From Lama glama (Eukaryota): a stretch of DNA of 64,000 nucleotides. Position 1 is the stretch's first letter; each line of letters opens with the position of its first letter. Position numbers and translations under genes: made by a program. Below the pieces are notes generated by a model. The model made no database searches. It was not told where the DNA came from and worked only from the letters and a program-made list of their open reading frames with translations. Of the stretch, positions 14,586-26,066 are shown in pieces. The stretch is taken from NCBI GenBank assembly GCA_028534125.1, contig CM052816.1, forward strand, positions 42,472,001 through 42,536,000, read 5' to 3'.

Positions 14586-17392
14586 CCAAAGGAGAAGTGA
14601 GAAATGATCGTTAAATATGTGGTAACCAAGAATGAGGAGTGATCCAGCACTTGAAGGCCAGCAAAGGGCTTGATGTTCACACATCCTCTGTCTGCAATGC
14701 ACACTAGACATCAGAGATGGACCAGGCCCTGCATCAGGTTACTTCTTTTTTGTCTTTGTCCTGCACTGAATTATCATATAGGATGGATTTCTTCTTAGTT
14801 ATTTAGTCCAAACAAAAGCTACTCAGTGTATACAGTGACTAGAAGGACTCTTAAAAGAGCTGACTCATATCCTGCCTCACCTGGTTGTAAAAGGTTAGGC
14901 AGGTTGCTTTTAAATTAACGGTGTCTCAGTTTTCTCATTCATAAAATAAATGAATTCAGCCAGAATTATCATTAAGATCACTTTTAGTTGGCCTTTCCTC
15001 ATGTATACAACCTCTACTTATCTAAAATCTATTCAGCCCTCAAGAAATGTTCAAGTTCCACGCCTCCACAAAACCTCTCTAGACTTCTCCTTTCTTTGAA
15101 GTTTTAAGCTCATCACCACCACCACCCAAATTAGCTAATTCTGTAATTTCTCTGCTTTGAATATCTTGGTTCATTCCCCATATTTAAACAGAAAATCTCT
15201 TTAAATATGAGACTATGCTGTTTAATTTTCAAATCTTCCACAGCATTTTACATTTATTTAGCACTCAATAATTGTTTATCAATTATTTAAACTGAATGAT
15301 ACAGAAAATATCTAAAAAATGGCAAACTTCCCAAAGAGCAACTTTCATCAGCTCCCTCAGAACAAATTACCCTTATCAGCATCACAACTTGCCCATTTGA
15401 TTCAGGTAGGCATAATGTGTACTATGCAATGAAGAGACACACTACCAGAGTACCAAATTACTTTGTACACGGTCATTGCTTCCTTCCATAGTTGAAATGC
15501 TGAAAAGTGGGAAAATACAAACAACAACTCACTATAATAATATATTACCAAAAGATTAGGTTACTAACTAAAATAAGGCATGAGAAGAATTTTCCTACCA
15601 CAATTAAGAAAAGAAAATCAATTACTCTTAAGGGGCTGCAGGTCAGACATTTGAAAACTACATTGAAAACCACCCTTGCTCCTCCCCAACCCCTTGGATG
15701 TCATCAGAAATTCTGAGTAAGAGGAGGCCAAGTTAAGATGCCATGTGGGTGGGGATTTACCCACCTTCAACGGAAGACAATGGGATACAGGTTTTACTCG
15801 TTCTGGTCAAATCCCCTCCACCTCATCCCTAAATAATTAAAGCTTTAGATATGTGGTCAGTCCTTCGCTATCAAAGTAAAGCAAACACAAGAAAAGAATG
15901 GTTCAAGTACAAAATTACTTTTCAAACTTTTTTGTGACTGCCTTAATGTATTCAATGAACTTAAGATAATTAACACTCTAGTAAACTAAATTAACAAGTG
16001 TTAATCACATCTTAATAGCTAGCTGAATCTAGTGGATTGAAATTAAGTTAACTTTTAAAATGCTCTCCTGTGATGTAACAACATTTAATACAGGCGTTTC
16101 CACTTAACCCATATTCTATGCAAGGAGAATTCATTCTGTAATTCATATTACACACATACAATGCTTGAGAGTCTGAATCAAAAGGTAGTGTATATGTAGG
16201 CTGGAGGATTTTTAATAAATTGGTGGGAGATGAGTCATGACAAACTCTCACATGGACCTTTCTAAAAAGCATAGCCCTACCCAATTTAAAATGATGGGAA
16301 ATATTGATTAAATGTCTATCAGTTGTTCTGGGGAACCCCTGTAAAACTCAACAATGTTTAACAATCTGAGGGAAACAATCGCCTCAAATTAAAAAACAAA
16401 AAAGCAAACTTTTAAAAAACAGCCTTGCAACAGTTTCAACCATTTATTGGTTTGTTTTAATCTGGTGTTCCTCAGTTAATTCACCTTCTCTGACAGGAAG
16501 CCTTGTCAGTCTATCCACACTGACACAGATACAGCCTGAAGAGGGCTCTTTAGGCTCCTTCCTTTAGCCACGCCTACACAGAGAGCATCGCGAGGAATGG
16601 AAGGTATGCCCAGCCTTCGCTCCCCCTCACACTCCCACCCGTCTCTTCAACTTAGCATCAATAGCTTAAGCCCTAGCTAGGTTTTCCCACATCCCTGTCA
16701 AAGTCAAATAAAATGAACGAAACTCGGACGAGCCAGAGAATGAGAGGTGTCGATGTTTCTCTTAATTTAGGTCAAGGCCAGTTATACTCTTCTACCGCCC
16801 TTTGAAAGGAGATACCACCCCAACCCTAACTGCCTCTCCAAGTTCCATAAAAAGGCACAACCCTGCCCCTAGGACGAGCTCCCAAGGAACGGAGTATGTT
16901 CCTCTGGTATCACAGCAGGGCATGACGTGGGAAAAACCTTTAAATTCCGTTTTCTATAGTACTATATCCACCACACCAAAGGGATTTGAGCCTCAGGCAT
17001 GGTGTTGTACTTAAGACGCTCCACAATCTAACACAGCTCATAAAAACCCCCCTTGGCTTTCTATTTTAGGCTTTCAAATGTAGGGTTAAAAGAAGGGCGC
17101 CCTCTCCAATTTCCTCAGCTCAAGAATAGCAGTTAGTTTTGGGGAGAGACTCTCCAGTGACTCCGCCTACTGCGTCGTTCCTCACACTCACACACCAAAC
17201 TATGCCAGGTAACGCAGCCGTCGGGGGACGAATTCCTTACTTGGTCACACATTTGGGGGGCTACTCCTCTCCAATGATCCTCAGCACAGGAAGAGACTCT
17301 CCCCTACCTTCCCGACTTTCCACATCTATCCCCCAAGGGGCGGGTCTCCGACTCCAGGTAACCAGACCAGGCAACCCGGACACCCAATTAGC

Positions 17393-17720
17393 GGGGGATC
17401 CCCCAAATCAGCCTGGCCAATCGCGGCCAGTGAGCCAAGACGACTAGACGTGACGTCAGATGTGATTTTGTTGGCGCGTCACCTCGACGTCAGCCTCTCA
17501 CCTCTCGGACGTCCCGTCCCGGGAGCAAAACTCCGGCGACTTTGGGCTCCGCCCCCGTGAGAGTGAAAAGCGGCCAATGAGGGCGGTTATGAGGAGGATC
17601 GGGCCAATGAGGCGAGCCCGGGGCGGGGCGCGAGGCCTGAGGGTGGGGCGGGTGGCGGCGGTGGCAGCCCGAGGTCTGGCTGCGCGCAGTATATGACAGT
17701 ACGTCAGCAGCGGGATGGCC
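17393..17720 (+). promoter_or_regulatory. ELL2: ELL2 proximal promoter with CRE, CCAAT and GC boxes and a TATA-like element
   Basis: TGACGTCA 17451-17458; CGTCA 17477-17481 and 17702-17706; CGACGTCA 17485-17492; CCAAT at 17417, 17574 and 17604; GGGGCGGGGC 17620-17629; TATATG 17690-17695. Confidence 0.85.
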
Positions 17721-17816
17721 GTAGCTGTGGCGGCGGCTGCAGAAGCCCGAGCAGCCGCGGCCGCAGTGGAGGCTAGAGCCGGAGCGGCGTCGGCGGCGGC
17801 ACCCCGGGGAGTTTAA
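17715..17816 (+). other. Candidate upstream ORF, 33 aa, Ala-rich ([33 protein letters not shown])
   Basis: GGGATGG start, open for 33 codons, TAA at 17814-17816, then one G and the ELL2 ATG. Relevant only if transcription starts upstream of 17715. Confidence 0.5.
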
Positions 17817-17825
17817 GATGGCGGC
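17815..17825 (+). promoter_or_regulatory. YY1 motif overlapping the start codon
   Basis: AAGATGGCGGC matches the YY1 consensus, which often coincides with start codons in CpG-island genes. Confidence 0.6.
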
Positions 17826-17964
17826 GGGGGGGGCGGCGGGCCTGAGGGAGGAGCAGCGCTACGGGCTGTCGTGCGGGCGGCTGGGACAGGACAACATCAC
17901 CGTACTGCATGTGAAGCTCACCGAGACGGCGATCCGCGCGCTCGAGACCTACCAGAGCCACAAG
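17818..17964 (+). CDS. ELL2: ELL2 coding exon 1 (codons 1-49, [49 protein letters not shown])
   Basis: ATG at 17818 in AAGATGG context inside a CpG island. The peptide matches the ELL2 N-terminus as I recall it ([15 protein letters not shown]). Ends at CAAG|GTGAGC, phase 0, 147 nt. Confidence 0.97.
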
Positions 17965-18241
17965 GTGAGCCTGGCGGCCGGCCGACCGACCGACCTCGGG
18001 GAAGAAGAGGGCGTCCCTCGTCGCCCTGGCTTGCCTCCTCCTGGCCTCCGCACCTGGCTTGGGGCTGGCGGAGCGGTGGCTCGCTGCGGGTGGCGGCAGG
18101 GCTGGGCAGGGCTGGGCCGGGTCGCTGACGCCGCCGACCCGGACTAGCCGGGAGCCCGGCCGTTGAGAGGCGGACGAGCGGGCGGCCCCTGGCGGCGGGG
18201 CCGAGGCAGCCGCATCCCTGGCTCGGCTGCGCAGCCGCTGC

Positions 18242-18251
18242 GGGACTTTCC
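18242..18251 (+). promoter_or_regulatory. Canonical NF-kB site in intron 1
   Basis: GGGACTTTCC, identical to the classical Ig-kappa/HIV LTR kB decamer. Confidence 0.7.
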
Positions 18252-21200
18252 GACGGCGCCCGCGGGTTTTCTGGTCTTTTCTGCCCGCAAAGGAGAAAGG
18301 CTCTAGGGAGAAAAGTGAGATAGCTACGCTGCCCACGGCGTGGGAGTGGGGTGGGGAGGGGGGCAGCGTCCGGGTAGCGAACCTGAGGGGACCGGTGGGC
18401 ACAAGCCGTCGGCGTTTTGGGGGTAACGCCATGGATCCGCAGAGACCGGGAGGCAGGCGGTCCGCGTATGAAGGTGGGACACACATTGTACTTGCTGGGA
18501 CCTGGGGACACAGGCGCTTCTTGTATGGGGCAGCGGGAGGCATACCGTGTACTCGCAGAGGCTGAGATACAGACGCTCCGCGTACGAGTGAGGAGGGGGA
18601 CACACCTAACACTTGCAGAGACTCCGGCACTTCGCCTTCCCCGAGACGCAACAACACGGCTTACCGGGAGTCACATACACCCAGCGCTCACCCGGGAGCA
18701 AAGAAATCAGTTACTGAGGAGAGAGATTTCTCCATGACTCCTCCTCATACCCTAAAGACGTGTCGCGTCTCAGGCGGATTCACAAACAGAGACGTGGGCT
18801 CAGGCCGGGGGCGGGGGTTGGGTGGCGGAGAATACACCGCACCCCGGACAGACCGCAGCTCGTCCCGGAGAGACCTAGGGACACACACACACAACTCGAG
18901 CGCAGCGAAGGCTCACATATTCAGCAGTTGGAGGACAAACCCAGAGAAGCGTTTTCACTTTGGAAAAAAAAAAAGTGAGAGGAAAGTGGAATGTATAGCA
19001 AAGGGAAGCCGCTACCGAAGTGCCTGGGGAAGCCGTTATGGACATGCAGTACTGTGCGTGGATGAGGGAGACAAGAGTAGACATCGCATAGGAGGAAAGA
19101 TACCCATATGAAGGACGAGTAACATTCACTCTGAGAGGAGAGACAATCGGGAAGGAAGAGATAACCCACGGGTCATCCTGGCAAATAGCTAGGTCCATAC
19201 CAAGGAAACACGCTCCGATTAAGTGATCTCATAAAACAGGCACAGAGGGACACCCATTTGCAGACTCATTCAGATAAAAGTGGAGAAAGGAATTAACATC
19301 TGTTGAGCTCCCACTAGTGCCAAGCACTTTAAATGCTTAGAAGGAAGGCAGAGTTGGAGGCAAAACCGAAGGATACATGTGAACCTGGGCCAAGGGAGAC
19401 TTACCTTCAAAGAAGCCCCCTTTGTAAGCGTGAACACAGTGAGAGATACATAATGGTGAATAGTTTGGGAAATACATGAACTCACATGACAGTGTACATG
19501 TAAACTGTAGGACAGACTCTCGGAGATGAGCATGCCCTCAGGATGGCACTCACAGAACTGAGTGGACACATGGATGTACATTCCAGGGCACATATGATAC
19601 TGGAGAAGCATAGGTGAGAACACTCAAGACAGGGGAATGGAGGGAGCATGCACAGGGAGAAAGATCCTTTTCCTACATGCCAGGAAATCCCAGAGAAAAG
19701 GAGTCTCATGTGCGGTTGGAAGGTCAGTGTACACTCAGCAATAGGAATGCAAGGAGATATAAGAAGTAAAAACTGCATGTGTCAGTAGCTACTCCCAGAC
19801 AGGTGCATCTGCAAGGAAGAGACCAGCACTAGCATGGAGTGGGAGGCCCATATGGGGGAAGACGGATAGGCAGGTAGAGGGACACAGGCAGACACTGGAG
19901 AGAAACTCAGCCCTGCAAGATGGAGAGATAAGCTTGCCTGTTCCAAGGGGAGGGCATGGGTAGGAATGATAGTGGGAAGAAGGTAGGTGAGGGTATGTAA
20001 AGAGAAAAACACAGAGGCTAGAGAGAAAGAACCCAGCAGGAGGAGGCCAACCTCCAGTCAGAAACAGATCCAAGGAGCAGATAAAGACTGACACACAGGG
20101 GTAGGGAGAGGCATCTCTTAGGACAGAAGGTCAGCCAGCCACCTTGGAAGAACAACTGGCAGACAGCACAGTTGATTACAGTGAGACTGACAGGCACTGT
20201 ATATTTGGCAGGGAAGAGGTGGGTGAGAAGGCCCACACCCATGGGAAGGGATGGTACCCAGGGAGAATAAGGCGACAGAGAGGCCCCCAGTGCTCACTGA
20301 TGTGCATGACTGTTGGCACCCAGGGAGAGAGTGCTATTTGTTTTCTACCTTCATTTCTGCCTCCTAAATATACACTTTAGTGTTGTTATGCTTAGAATTA
20401 AAGTTGGAGTGCTCTGACTCTTAAGAGCCCCACATTTGTATACTGGTGTCTTCCAAGAGATGAGATCAAAAATTCTTTCTCTTCTAACCCAACACTTAGT
20501 TCTTGATTTTTTTATTTTCCATTTTTAAACTTTTTTATAGTCAAAGGTACTAAAGTCTATGGCTTTCTTTGCTCCTGACTATTATTACCTAGTAATATCA
20601 TTGCTATCTGTTCCCATCTCTGTGCATGCAAATTAATGGGTCTGGTCAATCTGTGTAGAGGCAAAGAAGGTAAAGGGAAAAGACTTTTCTAAGTCCTTCT
20701 ACCTTTCTGAGTGTGGATACAGGTAGATTCAGGTAGTCCTAGAATTCCTTTTCTTCTGAAAAGCTGGTGGTAGCAGTAGTATGCAGAGAAAGAGGAAGAA
20801 ATAAATAAGCTGATTTGGCCTTTGCAATTGGACACTGCCTTTTTTCTGACTTAACCAGTTTCTGTCCTCAGACCTCATTGTTAATAGTTTGCAAGGGGTT
20901 TGGAAAAGCAGGAATTGGGATGAGACTGTTCATTTCAGATGGATGAAAAGTGGGAAGAGATTGAAGAAAAAGAAATGTACTGTTGGTACTTACTGCAGTA
21001 TCCTCTGGCACGTTCAGCTAAGCTTCTCATGAATGTGTCTTCAGTGCCCCTCCTCCTGGCTGGGGCCAGTCCAGGGCTCCCCTATCAACAGAGTAAAGTT
21101 GTCAGCAGCAGGCATATGGCTGAGCTTTTATCCTTCAGTAGAAGGATATGTACTTGATCTTTTACACTTTCTAGCCTGGAAGAAGGGCTCCTAACTTTAA

Positions 21201-24200
21201 ATTGTAGCTGCTGTTTGGAAGTATGTTGGCATGCATTGACTAATTGGGAAGAAGTTTCTGGTGGTCAAGCCTATTCTCTCCAGGTGGGGAAAATGGCTTT
21301 AACTTCTCTCCTAAAACTGCTCCCACCATTCCTTGTGCTCAGATAGGAAGGTGCTTGATACTTGACAAGTGGCCTCCAAGTGGCTTTGGCCTGTGGAAGG
21401 TTATGACTATTACTCCTGTTCTTCTAATGACTTTCTAAGAGCCAGAATTTTCAACAGGTTAATTCCCTAAATTAAGTAACAGAGTTATTTTTATCGAGAT
21501 TATTTTGTCCCATGGATTTACTCTCCTAAACTTGACCTAAGGCTTTAAGGAGGTAAATTTGGGAATTTAGGAAACTATGATTCAAGCTAATACAGAAGTT
21601 CTTCAGATATAATTGAGCAAGTATACAAAATTACTAGCATTTGTGGAAACAGAATCTTTAATTGGAAATAATTTCTCACTATTTCAAAAGACAAACGTAC
21701 CTAATTGACCTTTGTTATTTAAGTTTTCTGTTTTTAGAGAAGAAATAAAGAATGCTAGCTTGAGAACTTTTTTAAACAGGGCCTGGGGTGGAGGACAGAG
21801 ACGTTCTAAGTCCAGGAATAGGAGTGATAGTTGGAGCAAATATCTCCTAAAAGTTGTTTTTCACTCAGTCTGAATACAGAAATAGTTTCAAGTTGATTAT
21901 ATATAAAAAAGTATTAACTGGAAAGTTATTTTCATGGTTTGCAGATGAACTCAGACATGCTAATACAGATATTTAGTTTATAATGAAAAACTCCTTTTTT
22001 TCTCTGTAGGTTATTTTGAATGAAGGTACAAGTTGCTAAATAAATTCTCGGATTACAACTTTATAATCATTCTAAATTTATGTTTGTGATTGTGTGCTCT
22101 ATATAAGCTCTACATATTTTAAATGAGCATATATTACTATAATTACATATTTCTCCCAAATGTGTCCTAAAACTATACTTAAAATTAAATCCCAAAATTC
22201 TGGAATTTATTTTAGCTAATTTCTTCAGTAATGTATAGCTGGCTTTGACATTTGAGTAACTCATTTTGTAGTAACAAAAACCTGATGAAAATGTTTTCAG
22301 ATTCTGTCATTGCTGACCCTATCATTTTTTAAAAAATGTTTACTTAAAGTTTCAAAGGTGGTGCCTCAAATAATATTTCACATTTATCTAACTATTACAT
22401 AAAAAGTCTGCATAGACATGTTTGGAGGCAGGGGCCATTCACTCTCTATGCCTGAAAATGAGAAAGGAGATGCCTTTAAGAAGTATTGGGTTAACATTTT
22501 CTCTTGTCAACTCTAATTATTGGCTTTAAATAAATTTTCCTGCTTTGATTAGTGTCTTCTAGGAAAATGATAATGTTCTGAAAATGTGTACAAATATACT
22601 TAACATTTAATTTTGCATGGGGAACTCAGTCTCAGCATTTGATTCACTGTGGTTTAAGGCACAAAAAAAGACTCATACTTTACTTTTTCCTATCTCCGTT
22701 TTGTGCCTGCCCTCAAACAACTTTCGAGTGTGTACATGTGTGTTCAATAATCTGCTTTATAAATGTGGAAGACCCTGTTCTCCTTAAGGCACCCCTCAAG
22801 CATCCAGAGCTACCACTGCTGCTGACATGTTTACAAAGTAAAATAATGAGGCTTGCCGTAGCAGATTCCTTTTGTTGCAGTTTTTAAATGTAGCAAGTTT
22901 TAATTTAAATAAATTAATCTTACTGACTTTTACCTTAGACTCATCTTCAGGCTAAACTTGATCTTAAAATGCTTTTTATCAAGTAAAGTCTAGTCTGTGC
23001 CCTGTTTTGCAACCAGTATTTGAAAAGCCTATTCAAATAATCAGGTGTTCAGTACCAAGAAGGGTGCTCCTCCTAGTGAAAAGCAATAGCCAGATTGCCT
23101 ACAAAGATGCACAGGGAACCTTGGCACCAGAATTGAGAGGAGAAAGAAAGAACATATGTGAAGGATTGGAACATGTTCAAAAAAGAATTTAAAAGGAAAG
23201 GGGCGTAGAATTCTTGGAATGATTTACAGGAAAGCTTATTGAGGACAATCACCAGATCCAGCCTTTCCATTTGCTCCATTTGCACTTGTAAAAAACTATG
23301 GAAGCTGTGCTCATAGCGCTTGTTAGGTAATTTGTGCTAAAGCCAGCAGAATGAGGAAAATGAGAATTTCAGCAGAATCAATGCTGGGTCATTTTTAACA
23401 ATTTGTGGTGACAACAGCTAGAGTCAAGAGCCTGGCACCACAGTTCAGTTCAATTATTCGCCAGTTTGGGTCAAATGTATTTGGAGTATTTGAGAAGATG
23501 TCCCTGAAATGTGAATTTTAATGTGAAATGGGCATTTCTCCATGTCAGATGAGCTAAATTTTAGAATAAAGAAAACAGCATGTATATAACTCCACGTCTG
23601 ACTCTCCTACATACTCAACTCCATACGACATTTCCCATGACTTAATGCAAAAATCTAGAAAAGCAGGTCTGGAGTAGAAGACAATAAATTAATGACTGTG
23701 TCTCTACAGCCAAATTCAAGCTGAAAAACATGGCATAATTCAGGTCAGGTTTACAGAGGAAGTTTGTTCTTTCTTTTCTTTCCCTCTCTCCCTTCCATTC
23801 AATTAATCTACCTATCTATAATTTCTGTTGCGGCATTATAACTCTTGAGAGCCATGTTAAATCTTTAGGAAGAACTGGTTTAAGGGCCTCCAGTAACACT
23901 CTGCCAGCAAAGGCCAAACCTGGAACTTCTCTATAAATTGTACTTAAGATCATCACAGAATGCAGATAATATGAAAAGCAAACCAAAAAATAATCATGAG
24001 TCCATAAAGCTTTTGTTATACATATATATTGTCATGGACACAATCTTATGGGTACTTGGTTCATGGTTCATGGAGATATCCTTTGCCAGAAGACTCTAAC
24101 AGTGGACAGCGAGCCTGTTCAACGGTGGAGCCAGGCTTGAACTTTCCAATAAAATTCTCTGAGATACTTTAAGATCTAAATATGCTTACCTGGGAACTTA

Positions 24201-24388
24201 AGTGTTAGCATATTTTTAAAAAACATTTACTCAATATCATGGCTTTTGGTTTCATTACTGGTTTTCAATAATGCCTCGTGATGCCTCAGAGAACCAGAAA
24301 ACACATCCATGTAGTAAAAACTCAGTTAAGTGTCTTAAGATGGGTTTTCTTTAATAAAAGATGGGAGTCAGAATTAGAACTACCGCAT

Positions 24389-24560
24389 ATTCATTTAGCC
24401 AGCATTTATTTATCTTCCAACATGTGCCAGGCATAGAAGTAGGCATTGGAGATAAAAAAAACTGAGTAAGTCATGGATGGTCCCTGCCATCAAGAAAGTG
24501 TTCATGCTTTATTAGAAACAAGCATACGTTAAAAAAAAATGCAGTAAAGTCTGTGATGAA
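24389..24560 (-). mobile_element. L2 3' end
   Basis: ATTCATTTAGCCAGCATTTATT...ATGTGCCAGGCA...GGTCCCTGCCATCAAG is the reverse complement of the L2 terminus. Confidence 0.65.
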
Positions 24561-24619
24561 GGGGACACCTAAAGAGGGAAGGATTATGTTTGAGAATGTA
24601 TCTGACAAGTAGTGTCTGC

Positions 24620-25570
24620 TTTTTCATCTCCCATCCATCCTCTGCTTTGCCCACTCTACTTAGGTTGTGTTCACCACACCCCTGAGATTGTACCTGGCTA
24701 TGTTGTCAAGTCTAGTGATCATCTCTCTGTTCCTATCTTTCCTGACTGCAGGAGCATTCCATCTAGTTGACTACTCCTTCTTGTTGTTAAAAACACTTTC
24801 CTGACTTTCCTCCCACTTCCCTGCCCATTCTTTCTGTCTTCTCTGCTGACTATCCTCTGCCTAACTGGCCTCTGAATATTGGAGATCCCAGCTCCCTTTT
24901 CTTTTCACTTCCCTAGGTGAGCTCATCTAGTCCTATGGATTTAAATGCCATCTATATGTTAATGACTTCCAAATACTTATCTCCAACTCTGACTGTCCTC
25001 CATTTCCAGGCACTAGTTTCCAACACCTCATCTTTTTATGAACGTTTAATAGGTTATTTCAAATTTAACAGACTCAAACACAATTCTTCTGTTTTTTTAG
25101 TGGAGGTACCAGGGCTTGAACCCAGAACCGTGTGCACGTTAAGCACACTCTCTACCACTGAGCTATATCCCCACCCCCATCAAACACAATTCTCAATTTC
25201 GTTCCTCAAACCTAAAACTTCCTGAGTGTTCCCCATTTTAGTAAGTGGCAGCTTCACCAGTTGCTAGTAATTGACTAGTATTCCTTAATTAGTCTCCTCT
25301 TTTCTGGGCTTAGTTGATCCACCAGGGAGTTCTGTCAGTCTTCAGATATCTGAAATCTAACCTTATCCATCACCACCACTCCAGTCCCAGCCACCGTTCT
25401 CTCTCAAGGACCACTGCCACGAGCTTTCAGCTAGCCTCCAGGCTGCAACTCTTCCCCCAGTAATCCATTCTTCACACAGCAGCCAGAGTGATCTTTTTAA
25501 AACATTAAGTATGATCATGTAGTTTCCAAGTCTCAAGCCTTCTAATGGCCCCCTTTGTTTTAGATACCTC
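24620..25570 (+). mobile_element. L2 remnant interrupted by a SINE
   Basis: CCTATGGATTTAAATGCCATCTATATGTTAATGACTTCCAAAT and TCCATTCTTCACACAGCAGCCAGAGTGATCTTTTTAAAAC are characteristic L2 segments. Confidence 0.85.
25088..25179 (-). mobile_element. tRNA-Ala-derived SINE (Vic-1-like, camelid) with 14-bp target-site duplication
   Basis: Reverse strand reads GGGGATATAGCTCAGTGGTAGAG...GGGTTCAAGCCCTGGTACCTCCA then an A tail. TCAAACACAATTCT flanks it at 25074-25087 and 25180-25193. Confidence 0.88.
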
Positions 25571-26066
25571 ATTATATAAATTTCCAATATTTTAAAAATA
25601 ATCTCCACCTTCCAACCCAAGTTTATTTTACTGCTTTTTTTATACTTCACGAGAGACCATGATTCCAAAAAACAAATCTTCATTTGTATTTATAGTGAGA
25701 TTTGGCGTGTAAGCTTATTATACAATTATAAAGTCCACATTAAGCTCTGTCTTTAAAAAAGTGACAGGATATTATACTTCAAGTATTGTTACAAAGGCTG
25801 GTTCGCAGTAACTAACTTGTTAGCTGGTTGTTCAGTTTGGATTTTTGCTTTCTATGTTCCTTTAAAGAGTTGTATGAAATAGTAAGATATAAGACAATAA
25901 TTTTTTTAAAAAATTTGGCGTGCATCAGCTACAGTTTTCTAGATGCTGTCTTTAAAAACAAGGATTGTGTTAAATACATTAGATTTTTGACTTCTCACTA
26001 ATGTTTTGATAATCCCCTTTGTATTTCATTCTTTTCTGTGTTACAGTGGTTACAAAGAAATTATTT

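Larger units (their letters stand above)
17200..19100. promoter_or_regulatory. CpG island over the ELL2 promoter, exon 1 and start of intron 1
   Basis: Abrupt rise in GC and CpG density against AT-rich, CpG-poor flanks; boundaries by eye. Confidence 0.93.

Noticed and set aside
17965..18147. Extension of the exon 1 ORF to 109 aa
   Set aside because: Read-through past the CAAG|GTGAGC donor; ELL2 similarity resumes in exon 2.
17773..18657. 294-aa and 197-aa minus-strand ORFs and other ORFs over the CpG island
   Set aside because: Pro/Arg/Ala-rich with no recognisable domain; long ORFs are expected in GC-rich, stop-poor sequence.
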